Assembly (NCBI RefSeq): GCF_009914755.1
Contig: NC_060927.1
Length of the DNA stretch: 64,000 nt
Reading direction: 5' to 3' (one strand)
DNA from: the human T2T-CHM13v2.0 reference genome, Homo sapiens
How positions within the stretch are numbered: position 1 is the stretch's first letter; each line of letters begins with the position of its first letter. This document shows, piece after piece, positions 1 to 17,526 of this stretch. A program made the translations under genes and the position numbers. Under the pieces are notes generated by a model. That model saw nothing but the letters and a program-made list of their open reading frames with translations, searched no databases and had not been told where the DNA came from.

Positions 1-700
<700 letters not shown>

Positions 701-819
701 TAAAGGGAATCACAAGAAAAGCCATGGGGATGAGACGAACCATGGATTAGGTGAGGAGCTGGAAGCAGTTTGCTTTTGGGACGAAAGGTACAATTCAGAT
801 AAATGGAAAGACAGGTAAG

Positions 820-1330
820 GCCAGATCAGGGAAGGCATTGTGTACTCATTGAAAGAGCCTGGACTACATCTTGTGGGTGATGGGGAGGCCAACAGGGACT
901 TGTGCGTGAGTTGGAAAGATCATGCTGGCTGTCACATGGAGGGAGTAAAACTTGAGACAGGAAGACCTGCAAGGAGGCTGCCACCATCATCTGGGTTAGA
1001 GCCAAAGGCGTTCTCCCCTGGGGATGGGAAAGCCTGAGCATGGACACATGTCATATCTAGGAAGTGACAGGCCTTGAGAGCTAAATGATCATGAAATAGG
1101 AAGAATGGGGAAAGTTGAGGGAGATTTCCTTTTTTCTAGCTGGATGTCTGGGTAGATGGAAGTGCCATTAATTGAGACTGAGGTCCTAGAGAGGAGCAGA
1201 GTGGGGTAGACATGGTGAGTCTGTTTTGAATATACGTACTTTGAGGGGCTTCTAGATTATCTAAATGGATCAACCCAGCAGGCATTCTGAGGCCCAAGAG
1301 AAACTTCTGAATTGAAGATAAGAACCAGCA
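820..1330 (-). mobile_element. L2 fragment
   Basis: CCAGATCAGGGAAGGC, GAAAGATCATGCTGGCTG and GGGTAGATGGAAGTGCCATTAATTGAGA resemble reverse L2. Confidence 0.6.
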
Positions 1331-1539
1331 AACCCTGGCTGAAGAATGCGTAATTCTTACTTGGGGCTTAAAGTGACCATGGCTATTAATGGTGGGGTTT
1401 TGCCTGCTTAGAGGTATATCCTATTTTAGGGTTGATTAGAAAGTAGCGAGGGGGAGAATAACCAGCCTTTGCTGTGCACCAACAATGTGTTCAGAACTGT
1501 CCTGGTTTCTTTCACAGTTATTATTTAAAGACTTCACAA

Positions 1540-1720
1540 CAATATTGAGGGCTTATTATTGGTCAGACACTCTTCTAAGAATTTTATGGGTGTTAAATCA
1601 TTTGATTCTCACAATGAAACTATAAAGCAGGTAGTATTAAAGAAACTGAGGCACAGGGAGATGAGGCAATCTGCCTAAGATCTTAGAAGTGGCAAAGTTG
1701 GAAGGCAGTTAGTCTATTTA
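1540..1720 (-). mobile_element. MIR
   Basis: GAAACTGAGGCACAG core with TCATTTGATTCTCACAA upstream. Confidence 0.65.
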
Positions 1721-2162
1721 CAGATAATGACCTGTCTATTGTGTCCAAGGTTACAGTGCAATAAATGATAGAGGCAGGATGTGAGCTCATTTCTTTATAT
1801 CTACTCAGACAAAATAAGCTGAGGTTTGAGGAGGTAGCTTCCTGGGTTTTGCTTATGGAACCAAGGGAAAAAGAGAAGAAGAGTAAAGAAAGACCACATA
1901 AGCACAAAATCAGACACTTCAACAGCTTTGGGACTCAGGTCTCAGGTGAACCTTCTCAGCCTTCCTCAGAGAAACTGCCCCTGCCCTTGCAGGCAGGGCC
2001 ACAGCACCTCTCCTGGGCATCCTTTGTTCCCAAGTCTTTATTTACAAGTTTTACTGCACCCAGATCAGGCTGAAGAAGTGACCCTGCATGCAGTGAGGAG
2101 CAGGCAGAGAAGAAAGGAGGAGACAGGTCCCAGAGCAGTTCCAAAAATCCAGTGATATGATA

Positions 2163-2620
2163 TGTATCAGCTAGCTTTTGGGTGTAACAAACCACCCCTA
2201 AGCTCAGTGGCTTGAAACAACAGACATTTATTCTTGCTCATGTTATTGCAGGTCATCTGGGTGGGGGATTGTGTATTCTAGTCTGGGCTGGGCTGGGCTA
2301 GACTTGGCCAGACTTGGCTCCAGGCTGCAGATGATCTGGATCAATGTCACTGTTTTTCATCCTCCTTGGACCAGTGGGCCATCCGGAGTGTGTTTTTCCT
2401 ATGGTGATGGCAAAAGCACAGGGAGTCAAAACCAACCATTCATGCACATTGCCATCCTGTGTTTGCACCAAGTCTGCTAACATCCCATTCACCAAAGCAA
2501 GTCACACAGTCCAGCCCAGAGTCAATGGTTAGGGAAGTATTCTTTACCCAACATGAGGCCATAGTGACAGTAAGAATATATGATACCATTACAGGAAAGT
2601 GAAGAATTGGGGTGTATATA
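2163..2620 (-). mobile_element. MaLR LTR (old MLT1)
   Basis: TGTATCAGCTAGCT..GTAACAAACCACCCC..CTCAGTGGCTTGAAACAACA..ATTTATT; CCAAAGCAAGTCACA near the other end. Confidence 0.7.
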
Positions 2621-3246
2621 TGTAGTGTGGGTAGGAGCACTTGGCAAAGGATAGGGCTCTTCTAATTAGTTACCCGGTTAACATCAGCTGGATTAACTAG
2701 CTCCTACCTGGTATTCACAAGCTGCAAATTGAGTGTTACAAGGAAACACTAGAGAGCCTGCCTAGGAAGCAAAGCCAGTCCTGTACAAATGGAAATGGCA
2801 GCCATTGCATAAGGAGGCTGAGAAGGCCATTGGCTGGAAAACAGCAATGCCACAGCTTGTCAGTCTACCATTTGTCCTTCATTCCTTTCAGAAGGTTTGG
2901 GTGACACTAAGACGGGGACACAGATCAGGGCTTGCCAAAGCAGCATCGCAAATGGGAGGTGAGAAACAGGGAGTAGGTATGGAGTGGGGCTGGGGCTTGG
3001 GTTCTCTATTGCCTTGTGAAGGAAGTAATCCGGCTTCTTAGATGGAGAAACTGAGGCATGAATGATTAAGGAGCAGGTGCTGGGCTCATCAGTGCATTAA
3101 GGGCTGCAAGCCACCTAGGTTAGTGATCACCCCACCAGAATGGAATCAGGGAAGGTTATGAGTTCAGTTTTGAGAGCAGGCCTCTCCCAGACATCTGTAC
3201 CTTCACTCATCAGTGATGCCTCAGTGTTTCCAGCTGCGAGAGCCCA

Positions 3247-3540
3247 CAAGGTGAAAACTCAGATGCCTATGGGGGCTGGGGAGATACGCAAGGAGGTGAA
3301 GCACAACAGGGACAGTGGTATCTGGAGAGCATATACCCAGCTGATGCGGCAATTGACATTTCCAGTGGGTTACTGCCACAGGGGAATGTGGCCTTGGTGT
3401 TGCTGGACCTCCCAGCTTCTTGAGACAATCTAGAAATCTGGTTATTAAAGTAAAACTTTAAAAAATTACTAACATGGCAGCCAAAAGAAAACATGTCTAT
3501 GGATCTAACTGGCCTTTGGGCCACCGGTTTGTAACCTCTG
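3247..3540 (-). mobile_element. MER102-like hAT-Charlie DNA transposon remnant
   Basis: Starts AAACTCAGATGCCTATGGGG and ends GGGCCACCGGTTTGTAACCTCTG, matching recalled MER102 termini in reverse. Confidence 0.55.
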
Positions 3541-3704
3541 CAAAGATGCCCTGGACCACATTATGTGACAAGCAGCCCAATAATCACCTTTAAAATTAGT
3601 TTTTTTCCAAAAACCAACTCCACTCACTCAAGGGAGCTTTTGGGGGATTCTTGCTGCAATGCTTGGAGCCTCAGCGGCTACCTCTGCTTTCAGAGATCAT
3701 GTTT

Positions 3705-4340
3705 GATTTTATTCATTCAACCAATATTTATTGAGCTGAGCTCAGCACTGGAATTACAATGGTAAATAGGACAGATATGATCTATTCTTTTAAAAACTCA
3801 AGATGTATTGGGAAGCATGTACAACAGACGCATAATCGCACTAATAAATATAAAATAACTGACACATGCCAAGAATGAAAGCAGAAGGTGTGAAGGACTG
3901 AAGTATAACAGGAGAATCAGATTCAACCTGGGAGAGTGCTCAGAGGAGGTCTAGGGATACCCAGGTGAAGAGGGCAGGAGAGCCTCTGGGCCAGGGAAAC
4001 CATGTGCACAGGGACAGACAAAGCTGAGGAGTTCGTGGAGGAACTTACCCAAGGGCAGGAAGTCTGGGAAAAAGGCAGGAGAGAGAAGTACTAAACTGTG
4101 GACAAGGACCTGGTGACCGCACCTTGGAGGGTGAGGGAGGAACCTGATCTTATTTAAATGTCTTAAATAAGTGTCACTCTGGTACCGCATGTGGAGGACC
4201 TGTGGAGGAAATATGAATGAGTGAGAAGACAGAGATAATAGCCCAGATCAAAGAGGATGAAGGATGGGACCAGGGAGGGGGCTGTGCAGAAACATAAAAG
4301 TGGTCAAAAGATCTATTTGGAGATAGAGCCAAATGGACAT
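3705..4340 (-). mobile_element. L2 3' region
   Basis: TTCATTCAACCAATATTTATTGAGC (reverse L2 3' terminus) followed by L2-like body. Confidence 0.7.
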
Positions 4341-4669
4341 ATGATTACTCTATATTACTGCTTGGGATAAGCCAAGAATTACTTGCTGCTTCTGGCAGTT
4401 CAACTGGATCTGGGCTGAGGATGATAATTTGCTCTTCATGTCTCATCCACCATGGATGACTCATCCTTTCCGAGCTAAGTCCTCTGGCCTTGGTACACCC
4501 ACAAGCCTCATCAAATATGGCACAGTGTCTGCAGGCTAACACTTGCCTTTCTGAATTTGGTTCTTTTAACGAAGTGGTTTCCAAGCACTTAACACCTCCT
4601 ACGTTTGGTTTGAGTCCTGGGTGGGCAGAGGACACACCAGAGATTCTCCATGTATGTTTTCTAAGAGAG

Positions 4670-4885
4670 TAATGATAGCTATTTTATTAAGTGCCTGGCA
4701 CAGTTCTAAGTGTTTTGCAAATAGTTAACAAATTTAATTGATTTAATTTTTACTTCCATTTTGAAGATGAGAAGATTGAGTCACAGAGAGGTTAAGTAAC
4801 TTGCTCTAGGTTGTACATGGAACAAATATTAGTGCAGAGAAATAAACAGTCTATTCTAAAATCCACGCACTTAAGCTCTACTCTG
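4670..4885 (-). mobile_element. MIR
   Basis: CCATTTTGAAGATGAGAAGATTGAGTCACAGAGAGGTTAAGTAACTTGC. Confidence 0.75.
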
Positions 4886-7315
4886 TGTGTGTGAACACAA
4901 TATAGGGCTCTGAGACAGAAGGGTGTCATGTGGACGCTCCATTCTGCATTTCTGTGAAAGACTCATGCAGTAATTTTGCCAACATTATTCCTATCAGTCT
5001 ACCCAGCAAATGCTACCAGAGGGGATTTGTCTTGAACATGTCCTTCTTGGTGTCTGCATGGCCAGAAGCCTCTAGCTAGTGGTCCTCTGCCCTAACCCCT
5101 GGCTCACAGAACCAGAGTGGTTGCTAATTGGATCAAAGATCAGCCCTTGATCCAGGAGAGATCTGTTTAAAGGGTGCCAAAGCTCTGAGGTGGCCAGAAA
5201 TTAAGGTCTACTCTACAAAAAATTATGGTCATGAGCTAAGCCCATATATGCTTCACAGTAGGACTTTGCCTGGAGGATACAAATACAATTGGCCCATAAA
5301 GAGCAAGAGACCAGCAGGGTAGATGAGTAGAGTCTGATGATGAGGATGGACTACATGGCAGGCAATGACAAATACAGGTATGTCATGGCCAGACTTCCAC
5401 GCCTGAGTTTCCCATCTCAAACATCACCTCTGGACAGCAATGAATAATTTTAGGGATGCTTCTCAGAGTATTATAAATGCCTCAGGAGGCACTTTCCTGA
5501 TGAGGAGGCTGTAGGGCAACTGGGCTTCCTGAGTGGCTGACAGAGACTGGCCAAGTGCTCTCAGTTTGCATTTCCAGGGGGCACTGATGCAAGTGAAACA
5601 CCAGACACATGGGCAGAAAAATCCCAGTTTTCTGATTGCAGCCTGCTAGGACAGAAGGGCCTCTGTTTTGTTATTCTATCAGAGTAGGGATGGTTGGGAT
5701 GTATTACCCAATTCCTCAAGGCCCCAAATGCCCTCTTTCCTTGGGACAGTATATTTTTGACAATGTTTGTGCCCTTTGTCATTGCTTTGCTTCCTGTTTC
5801 TGATTCTTAAATTGTAAGGTACAAACTTCTGCAAGCGAGTCTAGGACAGTGTTTTCTAAAATGTGTTATGACATTCGTATTATGACATTACCGCTTTCCA
5901 TTCTTTGCCTCACCTTTTCCCCAAAGTGTTCCACCTTTAAACAAGTTGAAGATACTTTAGATGAGTCTCTAAGAACAAGGAGTATTATACCAGACAAAGG
6001 CCTGAGGCCTCCAGGAGACATACTTGGCATATAGTGGGTGATGAATACAAATCGTTGCAGAATAGACTGAGCCCAATAGTCAATGTTGTAAATGCTTAAC
6101 TATCACTTTGTTAAGCGAGGAAAAGCTATGGATTTTGGTCTTCAGCAAAAGCACATTTAATGATTAAGCTATAGATATTTTTTCAGGCTCATTTCCTTTG
6201 TAATTGAGAAATCTGCAATTTGGAAAGGCCATCGAGGACCCCTACACAAAACTTACTGACCTGTTTCTGACTTCACTGGAGCATGTGGAGCTGATGTTGC
6301 CAAAGGCCAGTTTAGATGAAACTGGGGCTGAGGACCTGGCACAAACCTGTCTGTCTACTTTTGTGGAAAATGAGCAGATGGAGAGAGAGGCTTATGCTTT
6401 CTGGGCAGTCATTAATAAGCCACTTAGAAACCATATCAATTCACTCAGCAAAGAATCAATTCCTTGCAAGAACACAGGACGGCATCTAATATTTCTCGGT
6501 ACTTACTATGCACCAGCACTGTGCTGGGTGCTTTTATACAACTTATCTCATTGAATCCTTCAATGATTGTCTGGGGAAGGAGGATATTATCTTGATGTTA
6601 CTTATGAAAAACTGCAGCTTGGAGAATTAAAGTGACTGGCCAGGGGTGTTACATTGAGAAGCGTTTGAGGGTAGATCCAAGCACCCATCATACTATTATA
6701 CACTGTCTCGCCATGATATGGGGAAATGAAGGTGGCCAAAGATCAGGCCTCTGACCTAACCTTACTTCAAGATGGGCCAGGTGTAGAGTGTCCCTGCCTC
6801 TGACCAATCATGTTGTGCCGTGGAAACCCAGGGTGAAGACCCCAATTTTCCACTCACTCATGACTATCTCCTTATGACAATTAATAATTTATCATTTTCT
6901 CTTTAGTGCAATATTGTGGACTTTCACCTTGACCTGTGAGAACATTCCCTCCCCCAGACTCCCCTCTTACCGTCAAAAGATCAACTTCCCGAACTGTGGC
7001 TTATTGAATGCTTTCTTTGCATTTAGTAAAGAATGTAGATTAGGACCCCTTTCTCAGCTCTCTTTCATTGATCACGTGCTGAAGGTGAGTAGTGTACCTT
7101 TATATTTAGCATGCTTAAGGCTAATTATACCTCAGAATCAAAGGAGATGGCTCAAATTAAATGAGAAATGATTAAGTGCAGCAGAGTCTGATTTTCTAGC
7201 GAGATTAGAACCAAAATAAACCTAAGTGTAAAACCAGGATTCCTATACCTCGAGAGACACAGGACCAGGCCTTAAGGAGGTGAAGTTGGCGTCTTCTGTC
7301 AGGGCCGCGGCTATG

Positions 7316-7336
7316 AGCGCTGTCCTTGGTGCTGAA
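7316..7336 (-). promoter_or_regulatory. RE1/NRSE (REST binding site)
   Basis: Minus strand TTCAGCACCAAGGACAGCGCT matches 19/21 of canonical TTCAGCACCACGGACAGCGCC, with both half-sites and canonical spacing. Confidence 0.85.
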
Positions 7337-8569
7337 GCATCTTTTCCAGCGTGATGAGTGAGGGCTCAGAAAACCATGTTATGGCTTAGCATCTTGGTTA
7401 TATTGGGTGGTTATTATTTCCCTTCTAAAGCCACAGGCTCCTCCTCAGAGGAAGAAGTTAAGTCAGTTTCTTCTGGTCTCACTGCATTATGCCAGCACCC
7501 ATCAGCATGACCGAATGGCAGAAACAAGGAGGCTCTAGTTGAGTCTGGGGCTCTATGGGACCTCTTCCCATCAGTAAACTACCTCCATACTTCCAATATG
7601 GAGTCATAATCTATAAAAAGCATACCCAGGTTAGGAGACACAATCTCTGGGACATGGTTTACTGAATTAATATTTTTGTGATCTGTTTTAAAATGCAGGC
7701 GACTTATTTGAAAATCTTAAGTGGAGTCCCAAGGTACATAATAGATTAAAATTATCTGCTTTGGTTGAAGTATAGGAAATGTTTAAAACTCCAGCCACAT
7801 AGTCTTGCCCCCAGGAACCCCTCAAGAGTCCAGGTGAATATCCTAGGGGTCTATGGTGCAAGCCTGAAAGCCACTAATTTTAGTCCAACTGTTTTCTGGC
7901 CCTTGACTCCTTGCTTGATTCCTCTTTATCATTGGAAGCCAAGCTCAGGAAACCTCCTGCAGGAAGATTTACTTGACCCCTATGCTGAGTTAGGAGCTGT
8001 GCTCTCCCTGCCCGTACACCTTTTTGGCACTACGCTGATTACTCTGTTGGGTAATTTGGTGTCTCCTTCAGTAGACCCAGATTGAGAAGTAGAATCATGT
8101 GCCTGGAACATAGTAAGTACACAATGAATACCAGGAGGTTTATTTTTAATAGACACCCTTTCAGAGCAAAGTAGAAACTCATCTACAGCATTTTCAACAC
8201 CTCCAGGAATGAGGAACTCACTCCAAATGGAGGTGGTTCATTCCATATTAAGGTTACTGTGATAGTAAGAGGCTTCCTCTTTATTTTGAGCCAAAATATA
8301 TCTCTGTGTAGATCCCACTTTTTAGGGCTATACAGAACAAGCCTTACTACGTTCTCCAATTGGAGAAATTACCTTCAGGTAATTGAGGAGTGATATCACA
8401 TCCCTCATTCCTGAGTTTAATTCTGTCTATTCCTTGTGTTATTTTGAGTTCTTTTCACCTTCTTGTTCGTTGTTTTTTTCTGCATGCAAAAATGTTTGCT
8501 ATATTCCTCTTAAAGTCTGAGTTGGATTTTGAAGGTTGTATAAACACTTCGCATTTATTCCTCTTAGCC

Positions 8570-11635
<3,066 letters not shown>

Positions 11636-11781
11636 TTTCATCTCATTGCTCCAGCTTGGAATCTCTCCTAAGCTTTCTCATCCATACTTTTATTATCCTT
11701 CTCTACCCAACATTGGGGAGCTTCTAAACTCAAAGGTCAAGAGATGTCCCATAGATCTTCACCTCTTCTTTTAGTAAAAAA

Positions 11782-12245
11782 TACATACATATATATATAT
11801 GTATATATATGTATGTACATATATACATATACATATCTGTATATACAAATATACATATACATACATGTATGTATGTATATACATATACATATACAGATAC
11901 ATATCTGTACAGATACACATATGTATCTGCATGTATACATATATGTATATGTATCTGTATGTATACATATACATATACATACATGTAAGTATGTATACAT
12001 GCATACATACATATATGTATACGTACACATACATGTAAGTATGTATGCATATATACATATACATACATGTAAGTATGTATACATATATACATACGTATAT
12101 ATGTATATATACACGTACGTACATATGTGTATATATAATACACACATATATATAAACATACATATATACATATGTATATATGTGTATATATACATATATA
12201 CATATACATATATATACATATACATATATACATATATATGTATAT
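11782..12245. repeat. Compound (TA/CA/TG)n, TATACA-type microsatellite
   Basis: About 460 bp of near-continuous purine-pyrimidine alternation; source of spurious Y/I/M/C-rich ORFs. Confidence 0.95.
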
Positions 12246-13189
12246 TTAAAAAGATCACTTTGGGCTAGAATTAAAAAGCAGCATCCACAAGGAGTTTTGT
12301 CTGTTTTGTTAACTGCCGTATCACCAGCGCATGAAAGAGTATTTGAAATATCTTAAGTGCTTATTAAATATTCATTGAATAATTGAAACATGTTGACTAA
12401 TGCTGGCATTTCCCGGACTTGAAACAATAGAGATGATGCCAGAACCCATGTCAGAAGAAAAAACTGATTACTACTTGATGGGCCTCATACTTCAATACAC
12501 AACGTAAGACTCCCTCTGCCTCCTATGTATGTCTCTACGTAAGGAGATGACTTTAGATAAATATCTGACAGGGTTAATTTATTTCTAGGAAATGGTGCCT
12601 AGCAACACAGGAAAGCCAAGTGGAGCCTGATGATAGTAAATAAAATCAATAGAAATGCTGATAAAAGTACCAAAAATAGTTTATGTTTGTTGAGGGTTCA
12701 CTATGCACTCAGCACTTCACACATATCTCACTTGAATCTCACAACACCTCTATTATTTTAGATGACAGAATTCACAAGTTCGTTGCCCATCTATGGCAGG
12801 GATCCTCTCACTGCCTGCTAAACTGTAAGCTTCCTGAGGGCAGTGGCCTTGGCTGAGTCATTGCTGTATCTACGAACAAAGCAGAGCTTGGGAAACATTC
12901 ACCTGCCTGAGACAAAGACGACTGATGACAGCAGGGGCAGCCAGAGATGGGGGGTCAGCTGAGAAGCTGTTCTTACTCCTGGCAGTGGGGATGATGTGGT
13001 AACATGGCAGCATGAGAAGAAAAAAATAAACATCTACACATGTGTGTGTGTACACACATATACATACACACTTATGTAAATATACACATGTAGGCATATA
13101 TTTAATAATAAATGCAAATGTGTTCTCTTAATGCCACTTTCAAATAAATTAAAATTTAATGCTTTGAAAACTAGGGATTCCTTTTTTAA

Positions 13190-13640
13190 CTTTTTAAGTC
13201 AGCATTACTGAGGTATAATTTAATACAGTAAAATTTGCCCCATTAAAGTATATAGCTAAATAAATATAGACAAATGCATACAATCATAGCCATCATTATA
13301 ATCAATATATAGAACAGTTCCATCACCCAAAAAGGTCCCACATGCCCCTTTGCATCCAATCTCCCCCACCATCTCTAGCCTCTAGAAACGACTGATCTGA
13401 TTTATGTTGCTATAATTCTTTTTCAAACTATCATGTAAATGGAATAATAGGGCATGGACCCCTTTGTGCTGACTTCTTTCACTTAGCATAATGCTTTTGA
13501 GATTATCCATGTTGTTGCATGTAGTTTTTTCTTAACTGCTGTCTCTTCTATTTTCTGGAACAGTTTATGTAATTGATATTATTTTTTCCTAAAGTGTTTG
13601 GTAGAATTCTCCAGTGAAGCCATCTGGGCCAGAAAAAGTC
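13190..13640 (-). mobile_element. Old L1M 3' end (L1MC/L1ME-like)
   Basis: TGAGGTATAATTT, AGAACAGTTCCATCACCCAAAA and CTTTCACTTAGCATAATGCTTTTGAGATT. Confidence 0.7.
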
Positions 13641-14927
13641 TGTTTTACAGAACAACAATTCACTTGATATTTTGGATTCTTTGATATCGGGTGCAGGAGT
13701 CACTCCCACTTTCTTTCCTCACCAGAAGGACTGGGGTGCCCACATATCCCTGGGGGACTCACTTGGCTGCTGCTGGGTGGGTTGTAGATCAGAGCATGCA
13801 AGGTGGGGCAGGGGAAGAGGGAAGGATCAGGATTCAGCAATGACTCTGGGAAGAACCTGGTGGGAGGAGTGAAATGTCGAAGAAATAGTATTTAGGGCTT
13901 CTAGAGCAGAGTGCAGTGAATATGGAAACAGCAATACCTCGATCCTCCTCACAGCCTGATTATTAAGGAGAAAATCACATCATCAAAGTTGCATTGTTGT
14001 TTGTTTGATATTTCCATCCTCCCTAGAAAGAGAGAAAAAGCAAGCTTCACAAAGAGACTGCTTCTCAGGAGATTTCCTGCCTCATGTCCAGACAAAAGTG
14101 GTTTGGACAAGCTTTAGATAAATATCTGATTGCTTTTACAGCCTTGGCGAGACAAAACTTGCAGATGCTTTGAAGTGTTCCTGGCGCAACTGAAAATTCT
14201 CAGAATTTAACACCCCAGGATCTTCCCAATAGGAACAGTACCAATTTGATCATCCCCAGGCTTAACAACCATAGGAAAAATCTCCGCAGCTGCTTTCAGG
14301 CAAGTGTGCTGAGATTCAGGGCCCTGTAAATCCTCTCTCCAGCTAAAGACCTAGAGCACATGAGTTTTGAAGGGACTCCCTACTAGAGGGCTCTCACAAT
14401 AATACACATTGTTGATATAAACTAAAGCATGGCCATCACTGGCACTCCCATTATAATGTACTATCTCAGAAGGCTGGGACTTTTAAACACATCTGCAAAG
14501 ACGATTCTAGACATAAAGAAAGGCAGACCACTAGGGAAAGTGAGGCAGGGGTGATTCCAGGTGCCAAGACCAGGTGTCCCTAGAAGCTTTGCCAGGGAGC
14601 TTGGCCAGCCTTTGTCTTTATACCCATCCCTCATTTTAGTGTCCCATGCCCCATCTCCCACCATAAGCCTCACACTCACTTCACCTTCCCAGCTCTTCAG
14701 TTAAGTTTTTGGGTTTCTTTTTTGGGGAGTTACTCATCTTAAATAAATTGCTCAGTCACGCATTCTTTTGACAAACATTTGTGGAACAACCTCTATTTGT
14801 CTAATCCATGCTCAGTTAGGAGTCCCACGTTTGTGCTCCCAGACAATTGACTGATTGATACCTGAGGTGTAACCCCCCACTCCAGGTGCCCTTGCCAGGC
14901 TGGTGGGCAAATTATTAATAATAAAAA

Positions 14928-16030
14928 GAATATGCTTCACACCCATTAGGATATCTTGATCAGAGAGGCTATGTTAGCTAGGTTATAAACAAAACAAAGC
15001 AGAGCCCTCAAACCAGAAAATAACAAATGTTGACAAATGTGTGGCGATATAGGAACTCTTATGCATCACTAAGGGGCATGTAGGATGGTGCAGCTGCTGT
15101 GGAAAATGAGATGGCAGCTCCTCAAAAAAGTAAAAATAGATTTACCATGTGATCTAGCAATTCCACCTCTGGACATATGCCCAAAAGAATCGAATGTAGG
15201 GACTTGAACAAATATTTGTACAGCCACATTCATAGCAGCGTTTTTCACAATAGCCCAAAAGTGGAAGCCACCCAAGTGTTCATCAGTGGAGGAGCAGATC
15301 AACAATACGTGGTACAGACATATGGTGAAATACTATTCAGCCTTAAACAGGAAGGAAATTCTGACACATGCCACAACGTGGATGAACCTTGAAGACATTA
15401 TGGTAATTGAAATAAGTTTGCCACAAAAGGACAAATATTGTATGATTCCACTAGTAAAATGTACCTAGAGTAACTGAATTTATAGAGACAGAAAATAGAA
15501 TTGGTGGTTGTCAAGGACTGAGAGGAGGGAATGGGGAGTTTTTATTTAATGGATACAGAGTTCAGTGAGAAAAATGAAAATATTCTGAAGATGGCTGGTG
15601 GTGATGGTTATGCAACAACGTTAATGCACTTACTGCCACTAAACTGCCCACTTAAAATGGTTAAAATGGTAAATTTTGGCCAGGCACGGTGGCTCACGCC
15701 TGTAATCCCAGGACTTTTGGAGGCCGAGGCGGGAGAATTACGAGGTCAGGAGATCGAGACCATCCTGGCTAACACAGTGAAACCTCGTCTCTACTAAAAA
15801 TACAAAAAATTAGCCAGGTGTGGTGGCAGGCACCTGTGGTCCCAGTTACTCCGGAGGCTGAGGCAGGAGAATGGCTTGAACCCAGGAGGCAGAGTTTGCA
15901 GTGAGCCTAGATCGTGCCACTGCACTCCACTGCCCTCCAGCCTGGGTGACAGAGCAAGACTCCATCTCAAAAAAAAAAAAAAAGTAAATTTCATTTTATA
16001 TATATATATCTCACCACAATTAAAAATTAA
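14928..16030 (+). mobile_element. L1MB-like 3' end interrupted by an Alu
   Basis: ORF2 C-terminal remnant; AGGAAGGAAATTCTGACACATGC; CACTTAAAATGGTTAAAATGGTAAATTT. Confidence 0.8.
15678..15983 (+). mobile_element. Alu (Sc/Y-like)
   Basis: Full dimer with GAGATCGAGACCATCCTGGCTAACA, A-tail and a GTAAATTT flanking duplication. Confidence 0.95.
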
Positions 16031-16204
16031 TATACCTAATGATCCTTTCCTCCTTAACATAAGATAAAATAAAGGCAGAATTGCCAAGCTGCTTCTAAAA
16101 GTTTGGTGGGAGAACCCATGAGATAAAATCTGTCTCAGTTCTTTGACTCTAAAGCTCTATCCAAATGTAAGGAAATACTATAATTTCCTGAAGACTTGGA
16201 AGTC

Positions 16205-16730
16205 TGTAGTAGTTAAGATTTTGGGGGTTGCAATTAATGGAAAAGTGGACAAAACCTTGTTTATACAATAAAGGAAATTTCATTGATTACATAAGTAAAA
16301 ATGTTTAGTGGTAAGTGTAGTTCATCAGGGCTCTGATTCAGTATTTTTGTAATATTTTTTCTACTCTGTCACTCATTGCCATTCATTGAGTGTCTTAGCT
16401 CTGCCAAGTTACCCTCATTTAGCAAAATGACTGATACTGTGAACCTCACATCCACACATCATGTTGTCCAAAGAGAGAGTTTCTCATCCCCCAGCAACCA
16501 GAGGTTTTTCATCGGATTTTCTTTAATTGGGCCAACTTAGAACTCAATTTATTGACTCAAGTGATTTGGGAACTAACATGCAGAAAGTATAAGGTCAAAT
16601 TCGCTCTCATGTGGCTAACCTCAAGTCAAATCCATATCTGGAGGCTTAATTAGATGAGCCTTTTTTTCTTTATTTAAGCCAGTATGAATTGGGTTTTCTG
16701 TTGCTTGCAACCAAAAGATTCCTGAAAGTT
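16205..16730. mobile_element. Old MLT1 (J/K-like) LTR fragments
   Basis: TTGGGTTTTCTGTTGCTTGCAACCAAAAG terminus near 16720 and a reverse-like terminus near 16210. Confidence 0.45.
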
Positions 16731-17182
16731 CCACACTCTTCCGAAAGAAGTAGGAAGGAAGGAGAGGGCTGATGGATATGAATAGAATTAAGTTTTTAGG
16801 TGAGTGTCAGAAAATGGAGGGATTGTAACCCTCTGGATTTTAGATTGTTTGAGTAAAAGGGGTTGTCAGGTCATCTGATAACAAAGGAGATGTTGGTGGG
16901 AGACGGGGCACTGAGTTTTAGAGAGTGAAAAATTTTGAAATACATACCACGAAAACTGATCAAGAAAGCCATCTAGGGAAACTAGGAATTCCAGGCTATG
17001 TTAGTGTTAAGATGAAATAATCTTGTAGGCCATGGATGAGAACTCTTCTAAGAAGAAATGCATGTACTAGTTCCTAAATCATATTCAAAAGGTCAGTATA
17101 GAACAGAGGTGTACCAGGCATCATTCTGAGCATGGCTAAAAAAAAATCCAATGTCCTGGAAGTCATCAAGCAGATGATGCAG

Positions 17183-17526
17183 ATGTCATAGTTAACCAAG
17201 AAAAAAAAAGTTGGATAAGAATAAAATATTTTAAAATCATATTTTCTAGTTTTCTTCCTGGAAAAGATCTAGAAACAATGACCAACCAAATAGCAATGAG
17301 CACACCTAGAACTCAGATTGTGGTCTCCAAACATCATTTCCAACTAAAAGGAGTCAGAACTCTTTGGGGGAAATGTCTGGCTCTATGTCTGGGTCAAAGA
17401 ATATACCAGGTGAGCCTGAAACATCTTGATACACCAGAAATCAAGGAGTCAGCCAGGGTGGTGTTAAAAGGATTCAGAAGGAAATTTAAACAATCTCCCA
17501 CTGGCCAAATAAGAGACAATTTGAGC
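17183..17526 (+). repeat. Dispersed direct duplication, copy 1 (probable donor)
   Basis: About 95% identical to 20410-20751 (about 14 substitutions and one 2-nt indel by eye). Confidence 0.95.

Noticed and set aside
11730-12268. Five overlapping 79-174 aa ORFs on both strands
   Set aside because: Translations of the TA/CA microsatellite, which lacks stop codons by composition
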